This document shows positions 32,701 to 42,557 of a DNA stretch of 64,000 bases, piece by piece. Source of the stretch: Promethearchaeota archaeon Loki_b32 (GTDB taxonomy: Archaea; Asgardarchaeota; Lokiarchaeia; Sigyniarchaeales; SOKP01); NCBI GenBank assembly GCA_005223125.1, contig NJBH01000002.1, forward strand, positions 64,001-128,000, read 5' to 3'. Positions within the stretch are counted from its first letter, which is position 1. The number at the start of each line of letters is the position of its first letter. The notes under the pieces were generated by a model that saw nothing but the letters and a program-made list of their open reading frames with translations, was not told where the DNA came from and searched no databases. A program made the position numbers and the translations under genes.

Positions 32701-33106
32701 TGTTAGAGTTGCCTTAATTTTGGATGGAACACCCTCTGAAAAACTAAAAGAAAATCAGTGGTTATTCACAGAAGATTTTGAGAGAAGATATGGTAAGTTA
32801 TTAAAGGATTTTATAGGTGATATTACACCTTTTAGAGAAGCAGATGATTTAATTGAAAAACGTTTCAATATTTCTCTAATTTATCCTCTCCAATTAGGAA
32901 AACACTATGGCGTTATTAAATTAAAAGGATTAGAAAAAGCTCTAATAGAAGTTGGAGAACAGATCCAGAAAGAACGGAAATTTTTCTTTATTTCTAGCCT
33001 TTTAAACTTTGCATTAGCCGGAAGAAAAGCATCTAGGGACGAAATAATAAGTGCTATAATTGACTTAAAAAGAAAAGGATTGATAATTCCCGCAAAAGTA
33101 GAATAA
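29753..33106 (+). CDS. Large membrane-anchored protein with extracellular region and C-terminal cytoplasmic longin-like domain
   Basis: N-terminal hydrophobic segment, N-x-S/T-rich ectodomain, TM (LPYIIIGALAIASYV), then IIHKDVGVSIY...DSDLISGFLQAISHF. Confidence 0.7.
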   Translation: MLLKYFFSLIKKKNFKWKILMKFFKYKTFLALILIMNLILPIYIIMPFYMNKNHQLNESFDISSQAVDRSGKIFDNITRFSKNCFINREQPSLNEQPSVNIPNYNISYAEMSFENITAVNYTRSIESDFSEFIFSSQNGPTCVYQKFAVEMNQYVNNVSILIQDINNPSSFTDENSWEVSIVNCLSDSVGTPNSFSNGTLGSLQKPHPITYAAHWEVFDFKNDGTGPIFLNTSNTKMTNDGRYWFAFRIKIPQDDSYFDGGPKFLYFNPDDDDIGEGDIYAISPDFSYDAYTINDVNVSEVTSGIYIKGDLDSFKYSDEDRYLTTDSNNVTIDLKVHLDNLKNSPFNYTELLILHKLLNWPFDHYKYIFSFDFYLIVNVSDISRIKNATLSIYNYKSLGWVTLPYDIIQENETMIYISIRNPWEKIEILRYMDNLASINNTLRFQLEYIGNGLGDFNISINHFKVEVGEIENLRTIQRHDPLVQELAFPSNIGIVNGSTASFGDQTLDSLEANDDDYYQAQALTNNLTFFMTFNVLNNMDSSLWDVDYYDWLVSYPNPAIPLMDIRISSNVSKPENLEYAILALHKGNATFDILEPDANKAEWIILSRPREFALMNETTTILHYDAGFTWIFLNLLNESRNNEINLVLFYYTNESSDHGFIVSINEFSLNFYIQNAIPSDISSSIGLGINSNALTPSDIRLQNFGIDIGDTGIGSGFWEGDIDNAVFPQGIFEFNITSLWHSIRFDVNGTYEIFKIEPILEFVETPASQYMTGTTFISVLITGYGGKPLENFEIIFEVLNSNGITIYEASSISNEEGIATVTIQFESTGERYSIQAEFAESGFYASVAIVSGYIRVVNEFILFMDEFLNVLPYIIIGALAIASYVTVRKVKHGKQRKFWASEAKILDDLVKIAHFMIIHKDVGVSIYNKQISLEGIDSDLISGFLQAISHFRSEIKKDSTAAEGKGFEMDYGDFKIVITDGNYVRVALILDGTPSEKLKENQWLFTEDFERRYGKLLKDFIGDITPFREADDLIEKRFNISLIYPLQLGKHYGVIKLKGLEKALIEVGEQIQKERKFFFISSLLNFALAGRKASRDEIISAIIDLKRKGLIIPAKVE

Positions 33107-33221
33107 ATATAAAAAAATAAATTAACTTTTTTTTTTCTTTAGATTATACATATATAATTTATATTTAATTGGATAAAGGGAATTTAATATTAAAGAAAAA
33201 GACGTTGATACTACCCTCAAT

Positions 33222-34484
33222 TTGATTTTAAGATTTAAACAAAGAGAAACTAGCACTTTATCAGTTGAATTACGTAAAAATATCAATATAATTCATTATT
33301 ACAATGAAATTATTCGCTTTTGGAATAAGTTGAATTTCATTATTATGAATACTTTCAAAGCCTCTAACTCTCTTGAAAAAGAGATACAGCCTCAATATTT
33401 CTATGCTACTTATAGATTATTATGGGAGCATGCTTCTGAGAAACAAATTCTTAATGAGTTACCAAATTTCGAGAAAGGATTCATAAAAAAAGTTAGAACA
33501 TTTTCTTGGGATAAAGCTCTTGCTCATAAAAATGAGAAAGAAAAACTTAGTATTTCAGCGGCAATCCCTAGTTTCATGATTGATCGTCTCATTCCAGTTA
33601 TGAGTAAAGATTTTATCAGAAGTAATGTTAAATTTATGAATAGATTAGAAGAAAGAACTGAAATCACTTTAAGGATTAATAATCTTAATGGAAAAATAAA
33701 TTCTCAAGAATTGTTAAAACAAGTCGTGGACACATTCAAAAAAAATAAAGTTCATTACCATAAAGATCATGAAATTCCCGAACTTTTTTGGATCCCCCTC
33801 TCACAAAAGAACAAAGTTATTAGAAATACGGCTTATCAAGATGGCAATCTTATTTTTCAAGATAAAGCTTCTGTCGCTGTAATTCACACTTTAGCCCCTA
33901 ATCCTGAAGATAAAATTTGCGATATGTGTGCTGCTCCAGGAATTAAAACTAGTCTAATTTCTCAATATATGAATAATAAAGGTCATATTATAGCAGGTGA
34001 ATTTCTCACTGAAAGAGTGAAAGTGATGAGATCTTTGTTTAATCAATTAAATGTTTTAAATTCTCACATCCTAAATACAGACAGTATTATTCTTCCCATT
34101 CGATTTCAAAATTATTTTGATAGCGTGTTGCTAGATGCTCCATGTACGGGATCTGGAACATTTTTGGCAAATCCAGAACTAAAATGGCGTCAAAATGAAA
34201 AATTTTTACATCAAAATGTTTTTTTACAGAAAAAATTATTTGAAAGTGCTCTAAAAATATTAAAACCAGGGGGAATTTTAGTCTATTCGACATGTAGTCT
34301 TTATCCAGAAGAAGGAGAATATCAAATTTTAGATTTTATGGATCGACTAGAACCTTTAGATATACCAAAGTGGTTCTCTCCAAGTTATAGAATTGATAAT
34401 AAAACTATTCAGGGAACTGGTAGGTTATTTCCTTCTGTTCATCATACTCAAGGATTTTTTATAGGAAAATTCAAAAAAAAGTGA
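33222..34484 (+). CDS. RsmB/NOP2-family RNA m5C methyltransferase
   Basis: FQDKAS, DMCAAPG.KT, LLDAPCTGSG, VYSTCS...EEGE, QGFF. Confidence 0.92.
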   Translation: MILRFKQRETSTLSVELRKNINIIHYYNEIIRFWNKLNFIIMNTFKASNSLEKEIQPQYFYATYRLLWEHASEKQILNELPNFEKGFIKKVRTFSWDKALAHKNEKEKLSISAAIPSFMIDRLIPVMSKDFIRSNVKFMNRLEERTEITLRINNLNGKINSQELLKQVVDTFKKNKVHYHKDHEIPELFWIPLSQKNKVIRNTAYQDGNLIFQDKASVAVIHTLAPNPEDKICDMCAAPGIKTSLISQYMNNKGHIIAGEFLTERVKVMRSLFNQLNVLNSHILNTDSIILPIRFQNYFDSVLLDAPCTGSGTFLANPELKWRQNEKFLHQNVFLQKKLFESALKILKPGGILVYSTCSLYPEEGEYQILDFMDRLEPLDIPKWFSPSYRIDNKTIQGTGRLFPSVHHTQGFFIGKFKKK

Positions 34485-35308
34485 TAATTACACTCAATAT
34501 GTCAAAAAGAAAATTTTGGACGGTAGGTCAGATTGACGCCACCGGTGTACGAGGTCCACATGAGAAGGAACTCGAAGATATTAGTATGGCGAAATATCCG
34601 CTTTTTATTAACTTAGATAAGAAAGTATTAGAAGATATTGTTGATAAGGAATTAGGGGGTAAAATTGAAAATATCGGTTTTAGCGAAGATTGGGCAATTA
34701 ATATTGAAATGTTTCCAGAAGTAAACATTCATATGGCTTATTCATATTTTGGAGATGAGTTTGGGGATGATATTGAAGCTGAATTCAAGTTTTATTTTTC
34801 AGGAAAGCGAGTTTGCTGGGTTCCTGGAGAAGATAGTGCTACATTTATTGATATTGTTATGGGTCTCATCGAAAGAAAACTAAGAGCTCAAGAACCTTTT
34901 GAAATGAATTATAACATAAAAACAGATTTAATGGAAACAGTCTTAATCCAAAGAAGTGAACCATTTAAACTTCTAAAAGAAGGTGATAAACACGATTTAG
35001 CTACTTTTATGGGGGCAAAAGTCTGGAAAACAGAGAATGGATGGCGAATAAAAAAAGAATTTTTCACAGAAATTTTTATTGAAATTATATGGAATAAAAA
35101 TGAATTAGACATTAAATTCTCAGGTGAAAATTTATCTAAAAATATAGATAGTTATCATGTGGAATTTTTAGGTATTTTCATGCTCAATCACATTCTTAGA
35201 TTTATAACTGTAAATAACTTTGATAAAGATCTACCTGATATATGCTATATAATGTTCTCACGCTATTATACCAAAAATATTGGAAACTGGGACCATAGGG
35301 TAAGATAA
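34481..35308 (+). CDS. Hypothetical protein with an internally duplicated domain (DUF3786-like)
   Basis: GTGA overlap with the upstream gene; two similar halves (LGGKI..W.I.IEMFPEVNI...FSG / MGAKV..W.I.KEFFTEIFI...FSG). Confidence 0.6.
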   Translation: MIITLNMSKRKFWTVGQIDATGVRGPHEKELEDISMAKYPLFINLDKKVLEDIVDKELGGKIENIGFSEDWAINIEMFPEVNIHMAYSYFGDEFGDDIEAEFKFYFSGKRVCWVPGEDSATFIDIVMGLIERKLRAQEPFEMNYNIKTDLMETVLIQRSEPFKLLKEGDKHDLATFMGAKVWKTENGWRIKKEFFTEIFIEIIWNKNELDIKFSGENLSKNIDSYHVEFLGIFMLNHILRFITVNNFDKDLPDICYIMFSRYYTKNIGNWDHRVR

Positions 35309-35339
35309 AATTAAAAAGAAAAATAATAAAAAAATTGTG

Positions 35340-35900
35340 TTAAATTGCTGTCCATAGAATTGATCTTCCCTTTTTTTCAGCACGTTTAATTTTCTTTGAA
35401 TTTTCGAGATCTGACATTATTTTCCAAATTTGCGAATTACTTAATTTGAAGTATCTTCTCAATTCTGGAGTGGTCATTTTTGTACCATTCAATAAATTTG
35501 GGATCAATCTTTTAATTTCATCGATGGTATTCTCATCAGAATCTTCATCTTTTTCATTTTCTTCAACGTTTGTTTTCATTTCTGTAATGATTTTGGAAGC
35601 AATTTTGTTTAACTGCTTTATATTATTATCAATAAGATTTTTGGGTCTCATAAAAAGACAGCAAAGTTCTAAATCCCTTGGAAATGCCACAATATAAAAT
35701 TTATCATATAAAATGGCTCTAGGTTTTTTAACTGATTCGTTTCCGCCGCGAAAAGCTAAATAAAAATTCATCGCAAAGTCATTTAAATTCACGCTATTTT
35801 TGATATCATCAAATTCCTTTTTCCACTTAATAAATGGACCATCGATCATATCAAATCCAATTAAGGCAGCTCCAAAAATTTCATTTTCAGTAAAATTCAA
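35340..35900 (-). CDS. Longin/uDENN-like domain plus C-terminal winged-helix protein
   Basis: N-terminal IGFDMIDGP motif; C-terminal TTPELRRYFKLSNSQIWKIMSDLE...KKGR wHTH; TTGA overlap with the GTPase. Confidence 0.55.
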   Translation of the reverse strand: MNFTENEIFGAALIGFDMIDGPFIKWKKEFDDIKNSVNLNDFAMNFYLAFRGGNESVKKPRAILYDKFYIVAFPRDLELCCLFMRPKNLIDNNIKQLNKIASKIITEMKTNVEENEKDEDSDENTIDEIKRLIPNLLNGTKMTTPELRRYFKLSNSQIWKIMSDLENSKKIKRAEKKGRSILWTAI

Positions 35901-36424
35901 TTCTTCAACCTCCTCCTTATAACTATTTTATTTAATTCTTTTTTAATAATACTCAATAATTTCATTCGTTCTGAAGGGTTTATAGCACTTAGTCCGTAAG
36001 TTTTAATGTGTAGTATATCTTCAACTCTTTTATGATCCATCCGCCCATCACTTTTTACTAAATCCTGTTTATTTGCAATCGCAATTATAGGACACGCTTT
36101 TCCTACAAAATGACAAGCGTAATTAATGAGATCTCTTGAACTTAATACATTTCTAGGTGTTGAGTCAGTAACAACAAATATAATATCAGATCCTAATAAA
36201 TAATCCTTGGAATAGGTTTTTAAGTAGGTACTTTGGCCTCCTAAATCCCACACTCTCAAAATATAATCATCAAACTTAACTGTTTTAAGATCTAAGCCAT
36301 GAGTGGGAAAATACAATTGATTTATTTCATTTTCAGATAAGAGTTTCGCTAATGTTGTTTTACCTGTTGCGGGGTAACCTATTAATGTGATTTTAACTAA
36401 TTTATCTATTTCAGAACTCAACAT
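35897..36424 (-). CDS. Arf-like small GTPase
   Basis: GYPATGKTT, PT.G, WDLGGQ, FVVTDS, ANKQD, SA. Confidence 0.9.
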   Translation of the reverse strand: MLSSEIDKLVKITLIGYPATGKTTLAKLLSENEINQLYFPTHGLDLKTVKFDDYILRVWDLGGQSTYLKTYSKDYLLGSDIIFVVTDSTPRNVLSSRDLINYACHFVGKACPIIAIANKQDLVKSDGRMDHKRVEDILHIKTYGLSAINPSERMKLLSIIKKELNKIVIRRRLKN

Positions 36425-36563
36425 TTCAATTCATCAATCAATCGATGATTCTTTAAGAAAATTGAAATGAAAAAGAATATGAATCTGCGAAATATCCAGA
36501 TAATACAAGAAGAAATTTAGAAGTAAGTTATAAAAAAATTTTAAAATTTTAGATAAAAACTGG

Positions 36564-37289
36564 TTATTTACTTCTTAAAAGGCACTTTTTCATCCACTTT
36601 GGCAATAAGAATCCTCCATACCAACAAATAGCGCTTATTATTAAAATTATTCTAGTTATTATTATCGTTACTTCATTTAGAGTTATCGCTGAGTCTAATA
36701 ATGCCCCAACAGCAAAAGCAATATAAGCGATTATTAATAGTTTCCCTTTGAGTTTTACTTCTGGATCTTTGGATTTTAATGAAAGATTAGCAAATAAAAA
36801 GCCTGTAACTACAACTATTAGTAGAAATGATATTAGAAATATCATAATGAACGAATTATACCTGACATCAACAGGAGGATTTAGTTCTCCTATTATATTT
36901 GGATCTATAAAAAGAAATGAAAAGAAAAGAATCTCAAAGATTAATCCATATAGAGCAAATACCAAAAGTATTAGTTTACGTTTTTCAGTATACAAAAATT
37001 CTGTAAAGGCTAATAACCAAAGAGTTATTGCAAAAGGTACCAGAATATTTCCTATCATAAAATATGCCTCTGGTGTAATTCCAACACCGTTAGACAATGC
37101 TACAAGAAAAGATAGGCTGGAACTCCACCATGGACAACTGATAAGTATCCATGTTGCTCCAACCATTAAATAAATCCTTTCTTTGTATTTAAAGTATCTT
37201 GAGAGAATTATAAAACCTACTAATAGAGAGATCGCCACAAAAATGAGAGAACATACTCCATTTACAGTATCTAAAAGACTTAATGACAT
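36564..37289 (-). CDS. Hypothetical 7-TM membrane protein
   Basis: About 7 hydrophobic helices in 241 aa. Confidence 0.7.
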   Translation of the reverse strand: MSLSLLDTVNGVCSLIFVAISLLVGFIILSRYFKYKERIYLMVGATWILISCPWWSSSLSFLVALSNGVGITPEAYFMIGNILVPFAITLWLLAFTEFLYTEKRKLILLVFALYGLIFEILFFSFLFIDPNIIGELNPPVDVRYNSFIMIFLISFLLIVVVTGFLFANLSLKSKDPEVKLKGKLLIIAYIAFAVGALLDSAITLNEVTIIITRIILIISAICWYGGFLLPKWMKKCLLRSK

Positions 37290-37386
37290 AATACAAACTT
37301 GAATTCATTTTATTGTTATAAATATAAATTAAGAGGTTGGATTATATAAATTTTGAAACTTTTTGAGTGAATTCAAACTAAAAATT

Positions 37387-39276
37387 CTAGATATTATATA
37401 AAAAGATTAATAGAATCAATGAAAAGAAAGTTGGACCAATCAAACTTATTGTTAATAAACTTTGAGATACTTTTAGACATTCTTTAAGGGTATCAATAAT
37501 AGTATTGAAATACTGTGGGTCACCCCAAACTTTAACTTGTTCATATGAGTCCTTGTATAAAAACTCAACGGGTTCTAAATCTTTTTCAGCTTTTTCAATT
37601 AGGATTTTTAATTTTTCAAGTATTATATCAATTTTAATTTTATCACCAATTGGGGAGTATCCTCTGCTAGAAAACTGTCTAGCAACTGTATGTGAATCAG
37701 AGGTAGTAATCTCACCTTTTTCAATTCCCTGATTTTGTAGCATATTCAATATAAAAGATCTTATTTCTAAAAATGCATTATTTCCATCGAAATGAATTAA
37801 CACGGTTTTTTGGTTATTAAATGTATTTTTAAATAAATGAACAACAATCCCTCCAAAACCTATTCCATCGTTTTCTGAAAATTCTTTCATTGGATCTTTT
37901 GCTACGCCATACATTAAAGTTGTTTTTTCAGTAAGCCCTGGTTTATTCTTTTTAATGAACTTCTCAGCTACATCTATTAAATCATTAGCTTCAATAGAAT
38001 TTTTTTCTATTAATATTTCATCACCAATTATTGAGTTATGAGAATCAATAACTATAACATCTTTAAATCCTTCTTTCTTTGCTATTTTGAGTATATCATT
38101 GCCTACTTCAACTTGAATATCATCAGAAGGTAAAGGATGCCTTGTTAAAAAGAGAAGTGGTGTTTGGTTAACAACCATTCCGATAAGTTTAGCCGAATTA
38201 GATATTTTTCTTGAAAAATCAATAACTTCTGAATTCCATTCTAAGGAGCTATTGCCAGCAACATCTTCTATATCTTGTTTAATTCGGGTGAGTACCTTGT
38301 CAACATCAAACTGGGATGTTAAATTTTGTGCATGTGTATTAGTTGTGTGATATACTGTTGTACCTTTTATGTCTGAAAATGCTTTATATATATGTTCAGG
38401 TAAATCAGAAGACCCACAAGTCTTAAAAGGTCCAAAATGAACGTTAGGAATCATGAATAGCCCCTTTAACCTTTTTGTTTCCTTACTACGAATTATTAAA
38501 TATTGAATTTTAACTTCAGATTTTATTCCAACTCTATCAAAGTAGCTTTCTATTAAATCATCATTCCCATCTGTTAACATAGAAAGAACAAACGCTCTAA
38601 TGAATGGATATCCCCCCATTCCTATTGCTTCCTGAAAAATATTACTTACTCGGAATAATCCTCTCCTGTACGGAATTGCGAATAATAGAGCACAAACTAC
38701 AAAGAAAATTAGAGCTTTCACAAAAAAATACATATCAAAAAATTGAAACGTGTAAAGGCTATAAAGAATTATTGTTGCTATGGGTTGAACTAACGATAGG
38801 ATTAAATAACCTGGACGTCCAGAGGTAGTAAATGAAAAATATAAAACAAAAGCTACAATAAATGCGAGAATAGTTCCTAATATCAGAAAAACTTCCTGTA
38901 ATTTAATATCATCTAAAAGAATGGCGACTATTTGACCAAAAATAAATGTAACCTGTATAATTGCACTAATAAATGCATTCAATTGAATTGACCACCCAGT
39001 TGGAGGTGCTCTTAAAATTGGGACTCTCTTTGAATAAAGCAAAATAGAAAATAAAGTGCCGAAACTAGAAGATACTAAAAATAGAAATATAAAACGAAAA
39101 AAATGAAAAAAATCAAAATATCTTCTTAGCAAGAAATAATTTAATAAAGATGATAGCAAACCTAAGATAATAGGAGTGCTTAAAAATATAGAATATGCTA
39201 ACTTTTTTGACGAAAATAATTCCATATATGAGATTATTCCCGGAATTTGGCGGCTTGTTTTTTTTCTTATGATCAT
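37387..39276 (-). CDS. DUF2070-family membrane protein
   Basis: N-terminal TM segments, VHFGPFK.CGSS, H...H, DSHN, DGNN, TSDSH. Confidence 0.82.
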   Translation of the reverse strand: MIIRKKTSRQIPGIISYMELFSSKKLAYSIFLSTPIILGLLSSLLNYFLLRRYFDFFHFFRFIFLFLVSSSFGTLFSILLYSKRVPILRAPPTGWSIQLNAFISAIIQVTFIFGQIVAILLDDIKLQEVFLILGTILAFIVAFVLYFSFTTSGRPGYLILSLVQPIATIILYSLYTFQFFDMYFFVKALIFFVVCALLFAIPYRRGLFRVSNIFQEAIGMGGYPFIRAFVLSMLTDGNDDLIESYFDRVGIKSEVKIQYLIIRSKETKRLKGLFMIPNVHFGPFKTCGSSDLPEHIYKAFSDIKGTTVYHTTNTHAQNLTSQFDVDKVLTRIKQDIEDVAGNSSLEWNSEVIDFSRKISNSAKLIGMVVNQTPLLFLTRHPLPSDDIQVEVGNDILKIAKKEGFKDVIVIDSHNSIIGDEILIEKNSIEANDLIDVAEKFIKKNKPGLTEKTTLMYGVAKDPMKEFSENDGIGFGGIVVHLFKNTFNNQKTVLIHFDGNNAFLEIRSFILNMLQNQGIEKGEITTSDSHTVARQFSSRGYSPIGDKIKIDIILEKLKILIEKAEKDLEPVEFLYKDSYEQVKVWGDPQYFNTIIDTLKECLKVSQSLLTISLIGPTFFSLILLIFLYNI

Positions 39277-39418
39277 TTATGATTGAATTGAATTTATTAA
39301 AAATGATTATACTTAATTGAAAAAATAACTTCTATAGTTATGAATAAATTCATATAATTATATCTTTATGTAAAAGACCATAATAAAATATAAAATAAAA
39401 CATTTTTTTATAAAGAAT

Positions 39419-40507
39419 ATGGAAAATAATTCACAAAGATTAGTTCATCTCGCAAATAAGAACTTCAGTGAAGTTCTTAAAGATGGATTTAAGCTTTTCA
39501 TCCAAAATTATAAAACACTAATTTTACCCTTAGCTTTTTTTCAAGTTATTTTAATTATTTTAAATGTTTTTTTGTTAACTGATTTGAATTGGTTTATTGA
39601 TTCTTTAGGAATAACACTTGCAGATACAATGGAAAGCCTTGTTGAATCAACCTCTCTTACTCCAGACGAATTTCAAACACTAATGCGCTACACATTTTTG
39701 AATTTTGCCTCTCTCTTTTTACAAAATTTAATAGGAGCAATAATTATTACAATTGCGATGTGTTCAGTTGGTAATTACGTTTTTAGGAAGTATATGAATG
39801 AGGATGTTAGGTTTGTGGATTCATTTAAATCTGCTTTTAATAAAAAGATATTTTTCGCAATTTTAATATTGGGAATTTGTTTACCTGTAAGCTTTATAAT
39901 ATATATTCCAGCGATATTTATTTTTGGATTTTTTATTTTTTTGGTGTTCACTTATAATATGGAAGTGAAAAAAAATCCCATATCAGAAGCTCGTGCAATT
40001 GCTAAAGGTAATTTCTGGAAAATTATTGGAGTTTTTATTATCAATATACTCATCATTTTAACAGTTAGCCAAATATTTACTTCTATAATAGACTTTTTTC
40101 TAATAAATGATTCAACAATCCCGATTATAAATAGTTGGTATGATCCTGCAACAAGAAATTTTGGAATGTTAATACTATATAATATCTTTTATAATATTGT
40201 TGATATAATTCTTGCTCCATTATTTGTATGTTTATTAACTGCATTATTTTCATCTTTGAAAGCTAAGAAAGATTTAGGCTTTCAATATCAACAAGATTAT
40301 CAGCCTTCAAGAGACATGTATCAAGAATCATATAAATATCTTAGACCAGAACCCTATATTGTTCCCGAGACCGAAGAATCTACAACACTCCCTCAGATAA
40401 GAGTGGAAGGCAGGTTTTATTGCCCATTTTGTGGAACCCTAATTCAAACTCCAAAGAAATTCTGTCCTAATTGTGGAGAGAACCTCAAAGATATTATTGG
40501 TAATTAA
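39419..40507 (+). CDS. Membrane protein with C-terminal double zinc ribbon
   Basis: TM helices plus CPFCG...KFCPNCG. Confidence 0.75.
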   Translation: MENNSQRLVHLANKNFSEVLKDGFKLFIQNYKTLILPLAFFQVILIILNVFLLTDLNWFIDSLGITLADTMESLVESTSLTPDEFQTLMRYTFLNFASLFLQNLIGAIIITIAMCSVGNYVFRKYMNEDVRFVDSFKSAFNKKIFFAILILGICLPVSFIIYIPAIFIFGFFIFLVFTYNMEVKKNPISEARAIAKGNFWKIIGVFIINILIILTVSQIFTSIIDFFLINDSTIPIINSWYDPATRNFGMLILYNIFYNIVDIILAPLFVCLLTALFSSLKAKKDLGFQYQQDYQPSRDMYQESYKYLRPEPYIVPETEESTTLPQIRVEGRFYCPFCGTLIQTPKKFCPNCGENLKDIIGN

Positions 40508-40525
40508 AAGAAAGAAATAACAAAA

Positions 40526-41314
40526 ATGTATATAAATATTGAGAAAAAGTTTGATTTAGAAAAGGAAAATATAAAAAATCCGATTTTATTGATAGGATGG
40601 CCAGGGATAGCATTAGTTGCTAAATTAGCAATTACATCAATACAAGAATCATTAAACGCTAAAGAATTTATGAATATTCAATACTTTGATTTCCCTGCGA
40701 AAGCAGTTGTCGAGAATGGAACTCTAGAAATCCCTAATGCAACTGTATTTTATAAAGCTGCTGAAAAAGATGATGGTAATGATTTTTTTATTCTTACCGG
40801 CACTTACCAACCCCAAACACCTGAGGGTGTTTTTGAATTTTCTAAAGCTTTTTGTGAAGAGATACATAATATAACTGGAGGAGTAAAAATGTATGTAAGC
40901 ACCGGTGCTATGATTTCAGATATCGTCCATGATGCACCTTCAGTATATGTTTGTGGAACTGACGAAGATTTAGTTCAGACATTTTTAAAACTAGAAAATA
41001 CTAAACTATATGAGGGAGGATATATCTCTGGAGCAAATGGTATCTTACCCGCATGGGCAGGATCGAAAGGTTATGCCCCGGGAGTTTGTCTTTTAGCAGA
41101 AACTCTTCCTTTACCAATGATGACATTAGATCCGCGTTCTTCAAAAGCCCTTGTTTCTATATTAAAGGAGTATTTTTCTCTAGAAATGGATTTTAGTAAA
41201 TTAAATGAAAAAATAAAGGAAATGGAAGCCATTTTTGAATCATTTAAGAAACAAGCAGATCAATTTATGAAACCCCCTCGAGAAGATAGAGGTCCAGATT
41301 CTTATTTCCGCTAA
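40526..41314 (+). CDS. PAC2-family proteasome assembly chaperone
   Basis: LLIGWPGIALVAKLA, QP, ISGANG.L, CLLAET, DPR.S. Confidence 0.85.
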   Translation: MYINIEKKFDLEKENIKNPILLIGWPGIALVAKLAITSIQESLNAKEFMNIQYFDFPAKAVVENGTLEIPNATVFYKAAEKDDGNDFFILTGTYQPQTPEGVFEFSKAFCEEIHNITGGVKMYVSTGAMISDIVHDAPSVYVCGTDEDLVQTFLKLENTKLYEGGYISGANGILPAWAGSKGYAPGVCLLAETLPLPMMTLDPRSSKALVSILKEYFSLEMDFSKLNEKIKEMEAIFESFKKQADQFMKPPREDRGPDSYFR

Positions 41315-41405
41315 AGGTTTGTTAGCCTATTCTAAATTAAAAATAGTTTATAAAAAAAGGAAAATGTAACTTTATTTAATACTAAATTCGTATAATTGAC
41401 CCATA

Positions 41406-42395
41406 TTGCAAGATATAAGTATCATCGAACGTAATAGGAAAATCAAAGATAAAATTTCTAGTAGATTAGATGGAATTAATGAACAATCCCGTAATTATAT
41501 AGAGGATATTATTACTCTGATTAATAGAGAGGTTGGGGTTAATAAAGTCTTATCTATTTTATTATTTGGGAGCCAAAGAGATAAAAATAATGAAGACATC
41601 TCTATTTTGTCTGATTGTGACTTACTGATAATTTTTAAGGATAGAGTTTCAAATCGTCACATTAAGGAAATTGAGAAGTATTTTATTTCATTAGAAATTA
41701 AGCATAAATTCAGAGAATTTAGTGATCATCTCTCTAAAAAAATCTTAGGTGTAATAAACCAAACTACTGGCATATTTATGAGTCATTTTCTAACTAAAAA
41801 GAGATATTGGAATGAAATTATCTTTCATAAAATATTTCGGGTGAATAAAGTTTTTTCATCAGTTTTTGCCCCTCGTAAAATTGTGCTTGGTAATATTCTT
41901 CTTAATAGTTCTATCCTCTATGGAGATGATTTAAGAGAGGAAATTAGGCCTAAAATTCAAATTACAATGCAAGAAATGTTTAGAAGTACTGTTATGAATC
42001 TTATGATCTCTCTTTTCTCTATTGCCATATCATTCCTTAAAAATTTAAATCCAACCAAATATCAATTAGAAGCAATAAAATGGTCTTTAAAAGCATCGAA
42101 TTATTATTGTTTTCGGGATTCAGAAAATCTAAATAATATTACTCAACGGTTTATTTCATTTGAAGGAAATAGATCGCAACCGAAGGCTACTAGATTTTTT
42201 TCTGAGTATCTTCAGTTAAGAAATTCACCACGTAATAATATGGGTTTTATGATTCGATGTCCAATAAGAATAATAAAAATTCATACGAAAGCTATCTTGT
42301 ATAAAAAATTGATTAAAAGAAAACAAAATTTAAGAATTCCTTATAGACCAAAGGAACCAATTATCCCAGATCGTACTTTTCCCTTAAGATTTTAA
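41406..42395 (+). CDS. Pol-beta superfamily nucleotidyltransferase domain protein
   Basis: LLFGS...SDCDLLI motif, ILYG.D. Confidence 0.72.
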   Translation: MQDISIIERNRKIKDKISSRLDGINEQSRNYIEDIITLINREVGVNKVLSILLFGSQRDKNNEDISILSDCDLLIIFKDRVSNRHIKEIEKYFISLEIKHKFREFSDHLSKKILGVINQTTGIFMSHFLTKKRYWNEIIFHKIFRVNKVFSSVFAPRKIVLGNILLNSSILYGDDLREEIRPKIQITMQEMFRSTVMNLMISLFSIAISFLKNLNPTKYQLEAIKWSLKASNYYCFRDSENLNNITQRFISFEGNRSQPKATRFFSEYLQLRNSPRNNMGFMIRCPIRIIKIHTKAILYKKLIKRKQNLRIPYRPKEPIIPDRTFPLRF

Positions 42396-42557
42396 TCAAG
42401 GAATTACATATTTGAAAACAAAAATGTCTTATAAAAAAATTTAAAAATAAAATAAAAATATAAATATTTTTTAAATTATTTAGAATTGTGTTGGTAAAGA
42501 AATTTTTATTACAAAAGCTTATTAAAATAATAAGAATTTAATAAAGAGGAGAAAAAT

